Shown: positions 45,859-53,790 of the stretch, in pieces
Position numbering within the stretch: position 1 is the stretch's first letter
How the letters are laid out: every line of letters starts with the position of its first letter
Source: a bacterium
GTDB lineage: Bacteria > Bacillota_I > Bacilli_A > RF39 > UBA660
Assembly: GCA_030531905.1 (NCBI GenBank)
Contig: JAUNMG010000003.1
Coordinates: 3,641 to 67,640 of the forward strand
DNA: 64,000 nt
Direction of reading: 5' to 3'
Translations under genes and position numbers: made by a program
The notes under the pieces: generated by a model
Told to the model about the DNA's origin: nothing
Databases searched by the model: none
The model's input: the letters and a program-made list of their open reading frames with translations, nothing else

Positions 45859-46917
45859 TTATTTTTTATTACTCAACTGACGATTTATTAAAATATAAAG
45901 TTCTTTAGTATCAATAGGATCTAATCCTATCTTTATAGCATCATCATTATCTTCACAAAATTCAAATCTTATATCTAAAAATTGTATTTTTTCTTGATTC
46001 CAAAAATTAAATCTTAAAGTAGGATCAATAAAACTATATTCTGTATCGTATCTTTTACTTATATCATTTTTACTCATTCTTTTTAATAAATCTTTTAATT
46101 CTTTTTCTTTAAATGTTATTATCTTATCTGCTCTAAAATAATGATTTTTTATTCCAAATCTTATAATATATTCTTTTTTTATTTTTTTAAACTCTAAAAT
46201 ATTGAATAATATTTTTGTTCCACTATCTATTGTAATATAGTTGTCCTTACTATTGATTTCAAAATCATATAATCCTTTTTCATAATAATCAGATATAATC
46301 CATTCAATTTGATTTATGTAAAAGTCATATTTTAACTCTTCTATCTCATTGTGAGGAATACAAGATTGATAAATATTATCTTTACGATTATTTATAATAG
46401 GTATTAAAACTTTCTCTATTTCAATAATATCTTCATCATTGTCAAAATTATAAGATTTTATTTTATTTAATAACTTATTTATAGGAGAATTATTACCTAC
46501 ATAATTTGAATAGTAAACAATATTATCATAAAAATAATAAAGAAACATTTTTCTAAAACCATCAAAAAATTTTGTATAGTTTTGATTTTTATGAAAATCA
46601 TCTAAACAATACAATATCTTTGAATATTTATTAGTTAATGATAATTCTATTAACATATCTTGTTCTATGTGATCAATATGATAATGATCTCTAACATAAC
46701 CTATATACTTGTCTAAATTACCTAAAAACTTTTCTTCGTGTGTAATTACATCTTTTCCATAAGCGAGATTACTTGTTAATTTAATAGTACCCTCTGTTAT
46801 TTTATCTAACATACTAGGTAAATAATCTCCATATAAAAATTTATAAATCTCTCCACCACAAGAATAATATTTATTCAAACATAATTCCTTCATTATTTCA
46901 ATTTTTTCTTTTTTCAT
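45859..46917 (-). CDS. Hypothetical protein, 352 aa
   Basis: The first gene of the block, divergent from the tandem-HTH regulator. No motif was recognised, and it is Tyr/Asn/Asp-rich. Confidence 0.45.
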   Translation of the reverse strand: MKKEKIEIMKELCLNKYYSCGGEIYKFLYGDYLPSMLDKITEGTIKLTSNLAYGKDVITHEEKFLGNLDKYIGYVRDHYHIDHIEQDMLIELSLTNKYSKILYCLDDFHKNQNYTKFFDGFRKMFLYYFYDNIVYYSNYVGNNSPINKLLNKIKSYNFDNDEDIIEIEKVLIPIINNRKDNIYQSCIPHNEIEELKYDFYINQIEWIISDYYEKGLYDFEINSKDNYITIDSGTKILFNILEFKKIKKEYIIRFGIKNHYFRADKIITFKEKELKDLLKRMSKNDISKRYDTEYSFIDPTLRFNFWNQEKIQFLDIRFEFCEDNDDAIKIGLDPIDTKELYILINRQLSNKK

Positions 46918-47042
46918 TATTTTCCCTCACTTTTAAAAGAATTTTGTACTACCTATATAATTATATCACATTTTTGGTATATTACCCGCTATTTTCGTAT
47001 CAAAGCCATATTAAATGGGAAAATTAATATGGTGAGAGAAAT

Positions 47043-47471
47043 ATGATAGATAATAATTTAAAATATTGTAGAGAAGAACTTGAAATGACACAAACTGAAT
47101 TAGGTAATATATTTGGTGTAAGCGATTCAACTGTTCGTGGTTGGGAAAATGCTTATGATACTATACCATTAAGAAAGTTAGTTAAATTTTGTAATCAATT
47201 TAATTATTCTATTGATTATGTTTTAAATTTAACAAGAGAAAATAAACATTATTCTAAAATAGAAAAATTAGATAAAGTTGTTATTGGTAAGAAATTAAAA
47301 TCTTTAAGAGAAAAGTTAGGATTAACGCAACAAAAAATCGCTGATGAATGTTCTATTTCTAGAGCTACATATTGTCATTATGAAATAGGCATGAATCTAA
47401 TAACTACTTTAACTTTATATACAATATGTAAAAATCATAAAATCTCAATTGATGAATTTTTAAGAAAATAA
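47043..47471 (+). CDS. Regulator with two tandem XRE-type HTH domains
   Basis: 142 aa. It has two HTH_3 units: LEMTQTELGNIFGVSDSTVRGWENAYDTIPLRKLVKF and LGLTQQKIADECSISRATYCHYEIGMNLITTLTLYTI. Confidence 0.75.
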   Translation: MIDNNLKYCREELEMTQTELGNIFGVSDSTVRGWENAYDTIPLRKLVKFCNQFNYSIDYVLNLTRENKHYSKIEKLDKVVIGKKLKSLREKLGLTQQKIADECSISRATYCHYEIGMNLITTLTLYTICKNHKISIDEFLRK

Positions 47472-47551
47472 AAAAAGTGAGGTATGCTAAATAAATAACA
47501 TATCTCACTTTTATTTTGTAATATTTAAAGAATAACAATAATCAAAAACAT

Positions 47552-48832
47552 TTATAAACTCATTTCGTAATCATCTTTATCTCTATCATCTTTGTTATAA
47601 CTTCTTCTAGATTTTAGATAACTAGGAACATTAGCATAATCAAATAATTCATCTTCTTTTTCAGTTCGTGTAGCAATATCAAATACATCATCTGAATTAA
47701 AGTCTTTATTATCATAGTATAACTTAACTTGTTCTACAACTTCTTCTTGTGTTTCTTTATTACCTATCTTTAATAGATTTCTAAAGAATTCTTTAACCTT
47801 ATCTAATATATAATTAAGAATTGATTTAAGACTATTATTTTCTTCTACAAGTTCTTGATTTCTACTTTTTAATTTACTAATTTCCTTTTCCATACTTTTA
47901 TTTTCTTTTTCTAATGTTTGATGGCTTTTAGTAAATGTCTGAACTTCATTAAATAATTCATTTATTTTAGGTTGAAATTGTATTGCTTTTCTAGTTTCAT
48001 CAATAACTTTATTCATTGATTCAAAAGTTTCTTTTTTAACTTTAACATAATCTTTATCAATAAATGAATTTTTAGTTGTTTTCATTTTTTCTTCAAAATC
48101 ATTCATAGCATTATCAAGATTCTTGTTTATAACTTCTACTTTATTTTCATAATATCTAGTAGTTTTTTTAAAATCTTTAACTTTTTGATGCTTGGCATCA
48201 CTCTTAATTCCTCTTTCTAATCTAAAACCATTAGCATTTAATCTTTCACAATATTTGTCTTGTAATACTGATAAATGTAATTTATCTTTAATAAATTGCT
48301 TTTTAGATATGGTATATCTTTCTGTATTTGTTCTTTTATCTAATTTTTTAACAAGTGGTATAACTACACAATGAATATGTGGTGTATCTTCATCCATATG
48401 AACAGTAGCGTGTAATACTTGTTCTTTTTTATAACCTAAATCCTGATAAACAAAATCCATACAAGTATCAGCCCATCTTTTAATTTCTTCTTTACTCATA
48501 TCTTTAAAAAAATTAGGTGTAGCAGTAAATAATAGTTCATCAGCAACAACATTTCTTGATAGATTAACCATTTGATTAAATGTTTTTTGTCTTTCCTTTC
48601 TCTCTTTTTTCATTTTTTCTTCGTGTTCTTTTCTATAATCTAAAGTTTTGTTATAAAAACCCTTAACATATTTTTCTGTTAAGGGTATTAACTCAATATT
48701 TTCACTACTTAATTCTCTCCTAATATTAGGATTTGATCTATAAGAACTTTTTTCTCTTTTATTATGTGATCCAAGTTGTGCTAGGTCATTTAAGGTATAT
48801 ATTGGCTCACTTCTAAAAATTGCATAATTCAT
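47552..48832 (-). CDS. MobV-family relaxase (Mob/Pre plasmid recombination enzyme)
   Basis: 426 aa. It has N-terminal MNYAIFRSEPIYTLNDL..LGSHNKRE, a histidine motif ATVHMDEDTPHIHCVVIPL and a long C-terminal coiled coil. Confidence 0.85.
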   Translation of the reverse strand: MNYAIFRSEPIYTLNDLAQLGSHNKREKSSYRSNPNIRRELSSENIELIPLTEKYVKGFYNKTLDYRKEHEEKMKKERKERQKTFNQMVNLSRNVVADELLFTATPNFFKDMSKEEIKRWADTCMDFVYQDLGYKKEQVLHATVHMDEDTPHIHCVVIPLVKKLDKRTNTERYTISKKQFIKDKLHLSVLQDKYCERLNANGFRLERGIKSDAKHQKVKDFKKTTRYYENKVEVINKNLDNAMNDFEEKMKTTKNSFIDKDYVKVKKETFESMNKVIDETRKAIQFQPKINELFNEVQTFTKSHQTLEKENKSMEKEISKLKSRNQELVEENNSLKSILNYILDKVKEFFRNLLKIGNKETQEEVVEQVKLYYDNKDFNSDDVFDIATRTEKEDELFDYANVPSYLKSRRSYNKDDRDKDDYEMSL

Positions 48833-48932
48833 ATATCATTCTCCTTTCAATTTTTATGCAAATTAAAAGATACTTTTCACAAAGTACCTTGATAAATCCA
48901 ATTTGTTATTCCTCATTATTGGGGAATAAATA

Positions 48933-48983
48933 ACCTCCATGACCAGCATCTACAATAACTCTCACGTTATCATTTCTAAACAT
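48933..48983 (-). pseudogene. Amidase fragment 1 of 3: start codon and first 17 codons
   Basis: GGTGATTAAA-ATG, then MFRNDNVRVIVDAGHGG (the Amidase_3 ..IDxGHGG opening, with no signal peptide). The frame then runs into element B sequence (YLFPNNEE, stop at 48906). Confidence 0.8.
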
Positions 48984-49006
48984 TTTAATCACCTATACTA
49001 ATATAT

Positions 49007-49030
49007 GAAAAAAGAACATTTCTGTTCTTT
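49007..49030 (-). terminator. Rho-independent terminator after mtnN
   Basis: The reverse strand reads AAAGAACA-GAAA-TGTTCTTT-TTTC. Confidence 0.55.
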
Positions 49031-49039
49031 TTAATTACT

Positions 49040-49744
49040 TTATTTTAATTCTTCATCTAATTTTTTTACTACACCATACAACACTTTAGCAATTTTTTCA
49101 CTACTATCTTTCAAAAAAGTCTCATAATCAACTACATTATTATCATTAGGAGCATCAGATATACTTCTAAGTACTATAAAAGGAATATGTGACAAATAAC
49201 AAACCTGGGCAATTGAAGCTCCTTCCATTTCCACACACAAGGCATTAAACTTATTATTTATCTTCTTTGCCATATTATATTCTGTACAAAATATATCACC
49301 TGACGCTATGACACCACTACTAATTTTTATATTTTCTTTATCTAAAACTCTTTTCGTAACATCCATCAAATACTCATCACATTTTATATATGTTCCAACA
49401 TTAGGAATATACCCCTTCTCATGATTAAAAGCTGTTATATCAAAGTCATGCTGTACTAATTCACATCCAATAACAATATCACCAATTTTTAAACTATTAC
49501 TTACTCCACCAGCAACACCAACATTAAATATATAGTCAACACCAATATTATCTATTAATATCTGACAGCTTCTAGCAGCATTTACCTTACCAACACCACT
49601 TTCTAACATTATACATTTAACATTTCCTATCATTGCCTCATAAAACGTTAAATCAAAGATAGAATATTCTTTATCTATTTTCACATCTTTTAATAATTCA
49701 TCTAATTCCTCTTTCATTGCAAAAATTATTCCAACACGCTTCAT
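49040..49744 (-). CDS. mtnN: 5'-methylthioadenosine/S-adenosylhomocysteine nucleosidase
   Basis: 234 aa. The motifs are IGIIFAMKEE, GVGKVNAA, VEMEGASIAQVC and VLRSISD. Confidence 0.9.
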   Translation of the reverse strand: MKRVGIIFAMKEELDELLKDVKIDKEYSIFDLTFYEAMIGNVKCIMLESGVGKVNAARSCQILIDNIGVDYIFNVGVAGGVSNSLKIGDIVIGCELVQHDFDITAFNHEKGYIPNVGTYIKCDEYLMDVTKRVLDKENIKISSGVIASGDIFCTEYNMAKKINNKFNALCVEMEGASIAQVCYLSHIPFIVLRSISDAPNDNNVVDYETFLKDSSEKIAKVLYGVVKKLDEELK

Positions 49745-49899
49745 AAACTACCTCCATCAAAACTAATACCAATATTTTAATATATCCCCAAGTAGCTGTC
49801 AAATTATGGTAATTTAAATCATTTTTCACTAAGGTTATTGCACCAAAAATAATTATATGATAATATTAAATTACAAATAATAATAGAAGGAGAGAAATA

Positions 49900-50460
49900 A
49901 TGAGAAACGAAACTAAAAGAAATGGTATAATCATTGGAGCATTATTAGTAACAATCGCTTTAATGACAATTGGTTATGCAGCATTAGCTACACAACTAAC
50001 AATTAACGGTACTGCTAGTACAGGAGACGCAAGTTGGGACATTTCATTCTTATCAATAACTAAGAATACTACATTATCTACTACAGATGCTGTAGAAGTA
50101 GATGAACCAACAGCAAGTGGCACAGCTGCTACATTTAATGTTAAATTACCAGCACCAGGATCAAAAATAGTATATGACTTAGTAGTTCAAAATACTGGTA
50201 CTATTGATGCTACATTTACTGAAACTACTGGTGTTAGTGAATTAAATGCTGCTGCTCCAACTCAAATTACTTACAAAGTTGATCGTTTAGATAGTGAAAA
50301 CGGTTCACCTGTTCAAGGTACTGGTGATTTATTAAATACTACTGGTAAAAACTATTTCAGAGTAACTATTGAATGGCCTGCATCTTCTACTGAAGTTCCT
50401 ACAGAAACAACTACAAAAACAGGTACTATCTACTTAAATTACGAACAAAAAGTAAGCTAA
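49900..50460 (+). CDS. Secreted Thr/Ala-rich beta protein, probable SipW-type signal-peptidase substrate
   Basis: 186 aa. An N-terminal TM is followed by GYAALATQLTINGTAS, a motif shared with the next gene. It is the first gene of an operon ending in a SipW-type peptidase. Confidence 0.55.
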   Translation: MRNETKRNGIIIGALLVTIALMTIGYAALATQLTINGTASTGDASWDISFLSITKNTTLSTTDAVEVDEPTASGTAATFNVKLPAPGSKIVYDLVVQNTGTIDATFTETTGVSELNAAAPTQITYKVDRLDSENGSPVQGTGDLLNTTGKNYFRVTIEWPASSTEVPTETTTKTGTIYLNYEQKVS

Positions 50461-50476
50461 TTAATAGGTGATAATA

Positions 50477-51343
50477 ATGAAAACAAAAAAGAATAAGATA
50501 AGTATTTATATGTTATTAGGTATTGTTTATACAATATTACTGTTAACAATAAGCACTGCTTATTCTTTTTTAAATGAAGATTTATCAATGAACGCTACTG
50601 CAAGTCTTGTAAAACAAGAAAAAAACTATCAAGTAGAAATAACTGAAATATCAAAAAGTAAAACTGGTAACATTAACTACTATGAATATAATGTTATTAT
50701 TACTTATCTTGGTACTGAGACAACAACTGGATGGGAAACATATATTAAAGTTCCCTATACAACCCAAGTTGAAGGATGCTACAACGCTAGTTCTTGTTCA
50801 ATTGAAGGAGAAGTATTAACTGTTACAAATGCAGATTATAATGGTAGTTTATCTCCTAATAATACATCAACATCTTTTAATATAAGGTTAGCAATGGAAG
50901 ATGATGATTATTCTTTAAATATATTAGATGTTAAATTTAAAACAAGTGGTACTACACCAGATCCAACCCCTGATCCTGACCCAGATCCAGGAGATGTCAG
51001 CTACATATATATCACATATGAAATGAAAAATGACTGGGGATCACGTCAATGGCATGTCTTAAATATCAAAAATACATCAGAGACTGAAACTATAACGTCT
51101 TGGACTGTAACATTTAAAGTAACCTCAAAAGATACAATGACAAATGCTAATCTTTGGGGTGGTAACTACACCTATGATGAGGAAAATGGTATTATTACCG
51201 TAACAGGGCCTAGTTGGGCGCCAACCCTTCCACCAGGTGGAACAGCAGAAGTAAATTTACAAGTAGCACCACCTGCACCAGAAGCAGTATCATTTGTAGG
51301 TATTACTTCATCAGGTGATACCATTACTGCAGCAATAAACTAA
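50477..51343 (+). CDS. Secreted two-domain protein with a PDPTPDPDPDPG linker and a CBM2-like C-terminal beta-sandwich
   Basis: An N-terminal TM is followed by AYSFLNEDLSMNATAS. The C-domain W..RQWHVLNIKNTS.....SWTVTFKV......NLWGGNYTYDEENGIITVTGPSWAPTLPPGGTAEVNLQV resembles CBM2-type modules. The start is set at the ATG after AGGTGA. Confidence 0.55.
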   Translation: MKTKKNKISIYMLLGIVYTILLLTISTAYSFLNEDLSMNATASLVKQEKNYQVEITEISKSKTGNINYYEYNVIITYLGTETTTGWETYIKVPYTTQVEGCYNASSCSIEGEVLTVTNADYNGSLSPNNTSTSFNIRLAMEDDDYSLNILDVKFKTSGTTPDPTPDPDPDPGDVSYIYITYEMKNDWGSRQWHVLNIKNTSETETITSWTVTFKVTSKDTMTNANLWGGNYTYDEENGIITVTGPSWAPTLPPGGTAEVNLQVAPPAPEAVSFVGITSSGDTITAAIN

Positions 51344-51375
51344 AGATATATCAAAAAAAGTATAAGGAGGAAAAT

Positions 51376-52560
51376 ATGAGACATTCCAATAAAAAATTAA
51401 TTGTAATCTATATTTTATTAGCAAGCTATATTATATTTTCTTCCTTTTTTGGATATAAATACTTTGCTAATCAAATGATTAACATTATAAACCCACTATT
51501 TTATATAATATTATTTTTCATTTGCTTATTTCTTTCAAACACCACCAATCAACAGCGAATTAAAGCAAAAACAAATAAATATCAAATTGTATTTATTCTA
51601 ACAATAAGTTATTTGATTATTTATGTTTTCCTTGGATTATTTTTGGGATATGTAAAAAGCATATATTCACATTCATTCTTAGGAATCATAAAAAATACCT
51701 GGAGTTATATAGTTCCAATTATATTTATTGAATTAATAAGAAATACTTTAGTAAGAAATGTAAGTAACCACAAAGTCTATTTTATTATCATTTCCCTATT
51801 ATTTACATTGATAGATATTAATCTGTTTAATATAATTGGCCTAACAGATAAAGCTGATATCTTTAAAAATGTTTTTTCAGTAATCTTACCATCAATTGTT
51901 AAAAATTTATCACTAACATATATCACTAAAACATCTGGTTACATAACTAATCTAATTTATCTACTACCTCAGGAAATAACAAATATTATTCTTCCTATAT
52001 TTCCAGACCTAGATTGGTATTTTACAAGTCTTCTTGGAATACTACTTCCAACAATCACATTTATAACGATAAAGTATTTAGATGATAGAATTGAAAATCA
52101 AAAGACAAAATCAAGACTAAAAAAAGAAAAACCTATTCGAACTATAATTCTTATCTTTCCTTTAATAATATTTTCTTTATTTGTAGCAGGATTATTCAAA
52201 TATAAACCTACAGCAATTATGTCAAATAGTATGTATCCCATATATAATAGAGGTGATGTTGTAATTATAGAAAAAGTTAATTCAAAAAATATTAAAAACT
52301 TAAAAAAGTATGATATAATAGAGTATAGATTAAAAAATATTATAGTAGCCCATAGAATAATTTACATCGAAAAACACAATGATGGCAGCAAGTTATATAT
52401 AACTAAGGGTGATAATAATAATGTTGCAGACAAAGAAAAAGTTAAACCAGAACAAATTAATGGTATTGTTAAACTAAGTGTACCAAAAGTTGGATATCCA
52501 AGTGTATGGTTAAATGATTTCTTTAATAAAAAACAAGTTGAAGTTGAAACAGGAAAATAA
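51376..52560 (+). CDS. Fusion of a polytopic membrane domain (about 250 aa) with a SipW/archaeal-type (S26B) signal peptidase I
   Basis: 394 aa. The C-terminal part has SNSMYPIYNRGDVVII (Ser box), VAHRII (His box) and TKGDNNNVAD (GDN box). The N-terminal 250 aa has about 7-8 TM segments, and its family was not recognised. Confidence 0.75.
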   Translation: MRHSNKKLIVIYILLASYIIFSSFFGYKYFANQMINIINPLFYIILFFICLFLSNTTNQQRIKAKTNKYQIVFILTISYLIIYVFLGLFLGYVKSIYSHSFLGIIKNTWSYIVPIIFIELIRNTLVRNVSNHKVYFIIISLLFTLIDINLFNIIGLTDKADIFKNVFSVILPSIVKNLSLTYITKTSGYITNLIYLLPQEITNIILPIFPDLDWYFTSLLGILLPTITFITIKYLDDRIENQKTKSRLKKEKPIRTIILIFPLIIFSLFVAGLFKYKPTAIMSNSMYPIYNRGDVVIIEKVNSKNIKNLKKYDIIEYRLKNIIVAHRIIYIEKHNDGSKLYITKGDNNNVADKEKVKPEQINGIVKLSVPKVGYPSVWLNDFFNKKQVEVETGK

Positions 52561-52586
52561 TCTATAGATAGGAGGTAAAATCTACT

Positions 52587-53619
52587 ATGAGCCAAAGTGT
52601 TAGAAAAAGACCAACTCTGAAATTATGGGTCCGCTTGTTATTAAGTATAACTGTAATGCTAGGTATATTTTTACCTCTATTTGAAATAGGAATAAACTCT
52701 ATAAAAGTCAAAAATACTACAACAAATGAAAGTATATATACTTATAGAACTGACAAAAATTTAAATTATAAAGTACAACTGTATGATAATACTTTTACTG
52801 ATGATACAGAAATGGAAGCTAATAAGATTTATATTTCAGATTTAGTTAAAAACATTAGAACCAACTTTAGTTATACTTATTCTGGAACTAATAAAACAGA
52901 TCTAAAATATACTTATGATATTAAAGCAAAACTTACCGGTGAAAATCAATCTAGTCAAGCAACAGATTCTAACGAAGTAGTATGGGAAAAAGATTATACC
53001 TTGTTAGATAAAATTGAAAAAACTACAAATTCAACAGGGTTTGCAATAAATGAAAATATAGATATAGATTATCCCAAATATAAAGAAGAAGTATTAAACT
53101 TCAGAAAAAAATTCGGTATGTCACTAACTACTAAATTAAGAGTTACAATGACTATTAAAACAGAAGGAAAATATAAAGAAGAAAAAATTTCTAAAACAGA
53201 CAAAATAATAATGGACATTCCTGTTGGTACTCAAGCATTCTCAATAAAAGAAGACTATAAAAAACAAGATGTAAATAGAAAATAAATCATATACAGTTCT
53301 TTGTTTATCAATTAATATATTATCAATAATTTTATTTTTACTTACATTCAAAGCTATATTTAATATAAAACCTAAAGATAGCTACACTAAAAAAATTACG
53401 AAAATATTAAAGAATTATGGTCAGATTGTTATAGAAGTAAAAACTCCAGTAAAAGAAAAAAATTTCAGTACTGTAATTGTTAAAGATTTTGAAGAAATGC
53501 TAGATTTAGAAGAAGAGTTAAGAATCCCTATTATTCTTTATGAAAATGTTTATAATAATGTTGCTATATTCACAATTACTCATGGAAATACAATTTATAA
53601 ATATATATTAAAAGGCTAA
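52587..53619 (+). pseudogene. Membrane protein of the SipW locus, interrupted by a frameshift near 53275-53286
   Basis: The ORF at 52587-53285 (N-terminal TM + ectodomain) stops at TAA. The +1 frame is open from 53275 to 53619. It encodes a second TM (SYTVLCLSINILSIILFLLTF) plus an about 90-aa domain with no start codon of its own. Confidence 0.55.
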
Positions 53620-53635
53620 TAATAAGCCTTTTTTT
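53612..53635 (+). terminator. Rho-independent terminator ending the SipW operon
   Basis: AAGGCT-aataata-AGCCTT followed by TTTTT. It overlaps the stop of the shifted frame. Confidence 0.65.
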
Positions 53636-53790
53636 GTGTAGTAAAAAAGAGTTCGGTTTAATTTAGTCTAAACTTAATAAAACTAAGCTCATCTTTATTT
53701 TATAATAATCTAAATACATTTTCCTACATAAAAAAAGAGTCTATAGCAATGAATTTCCTATTTTTGAAAAATCATTACTATAACTCTTTA

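Larger units (their letters stand above)
38340..48932 (-). mobile_element. Element B: about 10.6-kb integrative mobilizable element (serine recombinase + MobV relaxase) inserted in the amidase gene
   Basis: It is bounded by amidase fragments 1 and 2, and both junctions carry an H-G-G coding triplet (CATGGAGGT at 48941-48933, CACGGTGGC at 38339-38331). The recombinase gene ends 56 nt from the left junction. GGGGAA...TTCCCC inverted motifs lie near both ends. Confidence 0.8.

Noticed and set aside
48999-49007. CATATATTA upstream of the amidase start, which matches the sigma-K -10 pattern CATAnnnTA. It would support mother-cell expression.
   Set aside because: It lies only 15 nt from the ATG and partly within the mtnN terminator. 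In DNA this AT-rich, such a 6-of-9 defined match is expected by chance, so it is not used as evidence.
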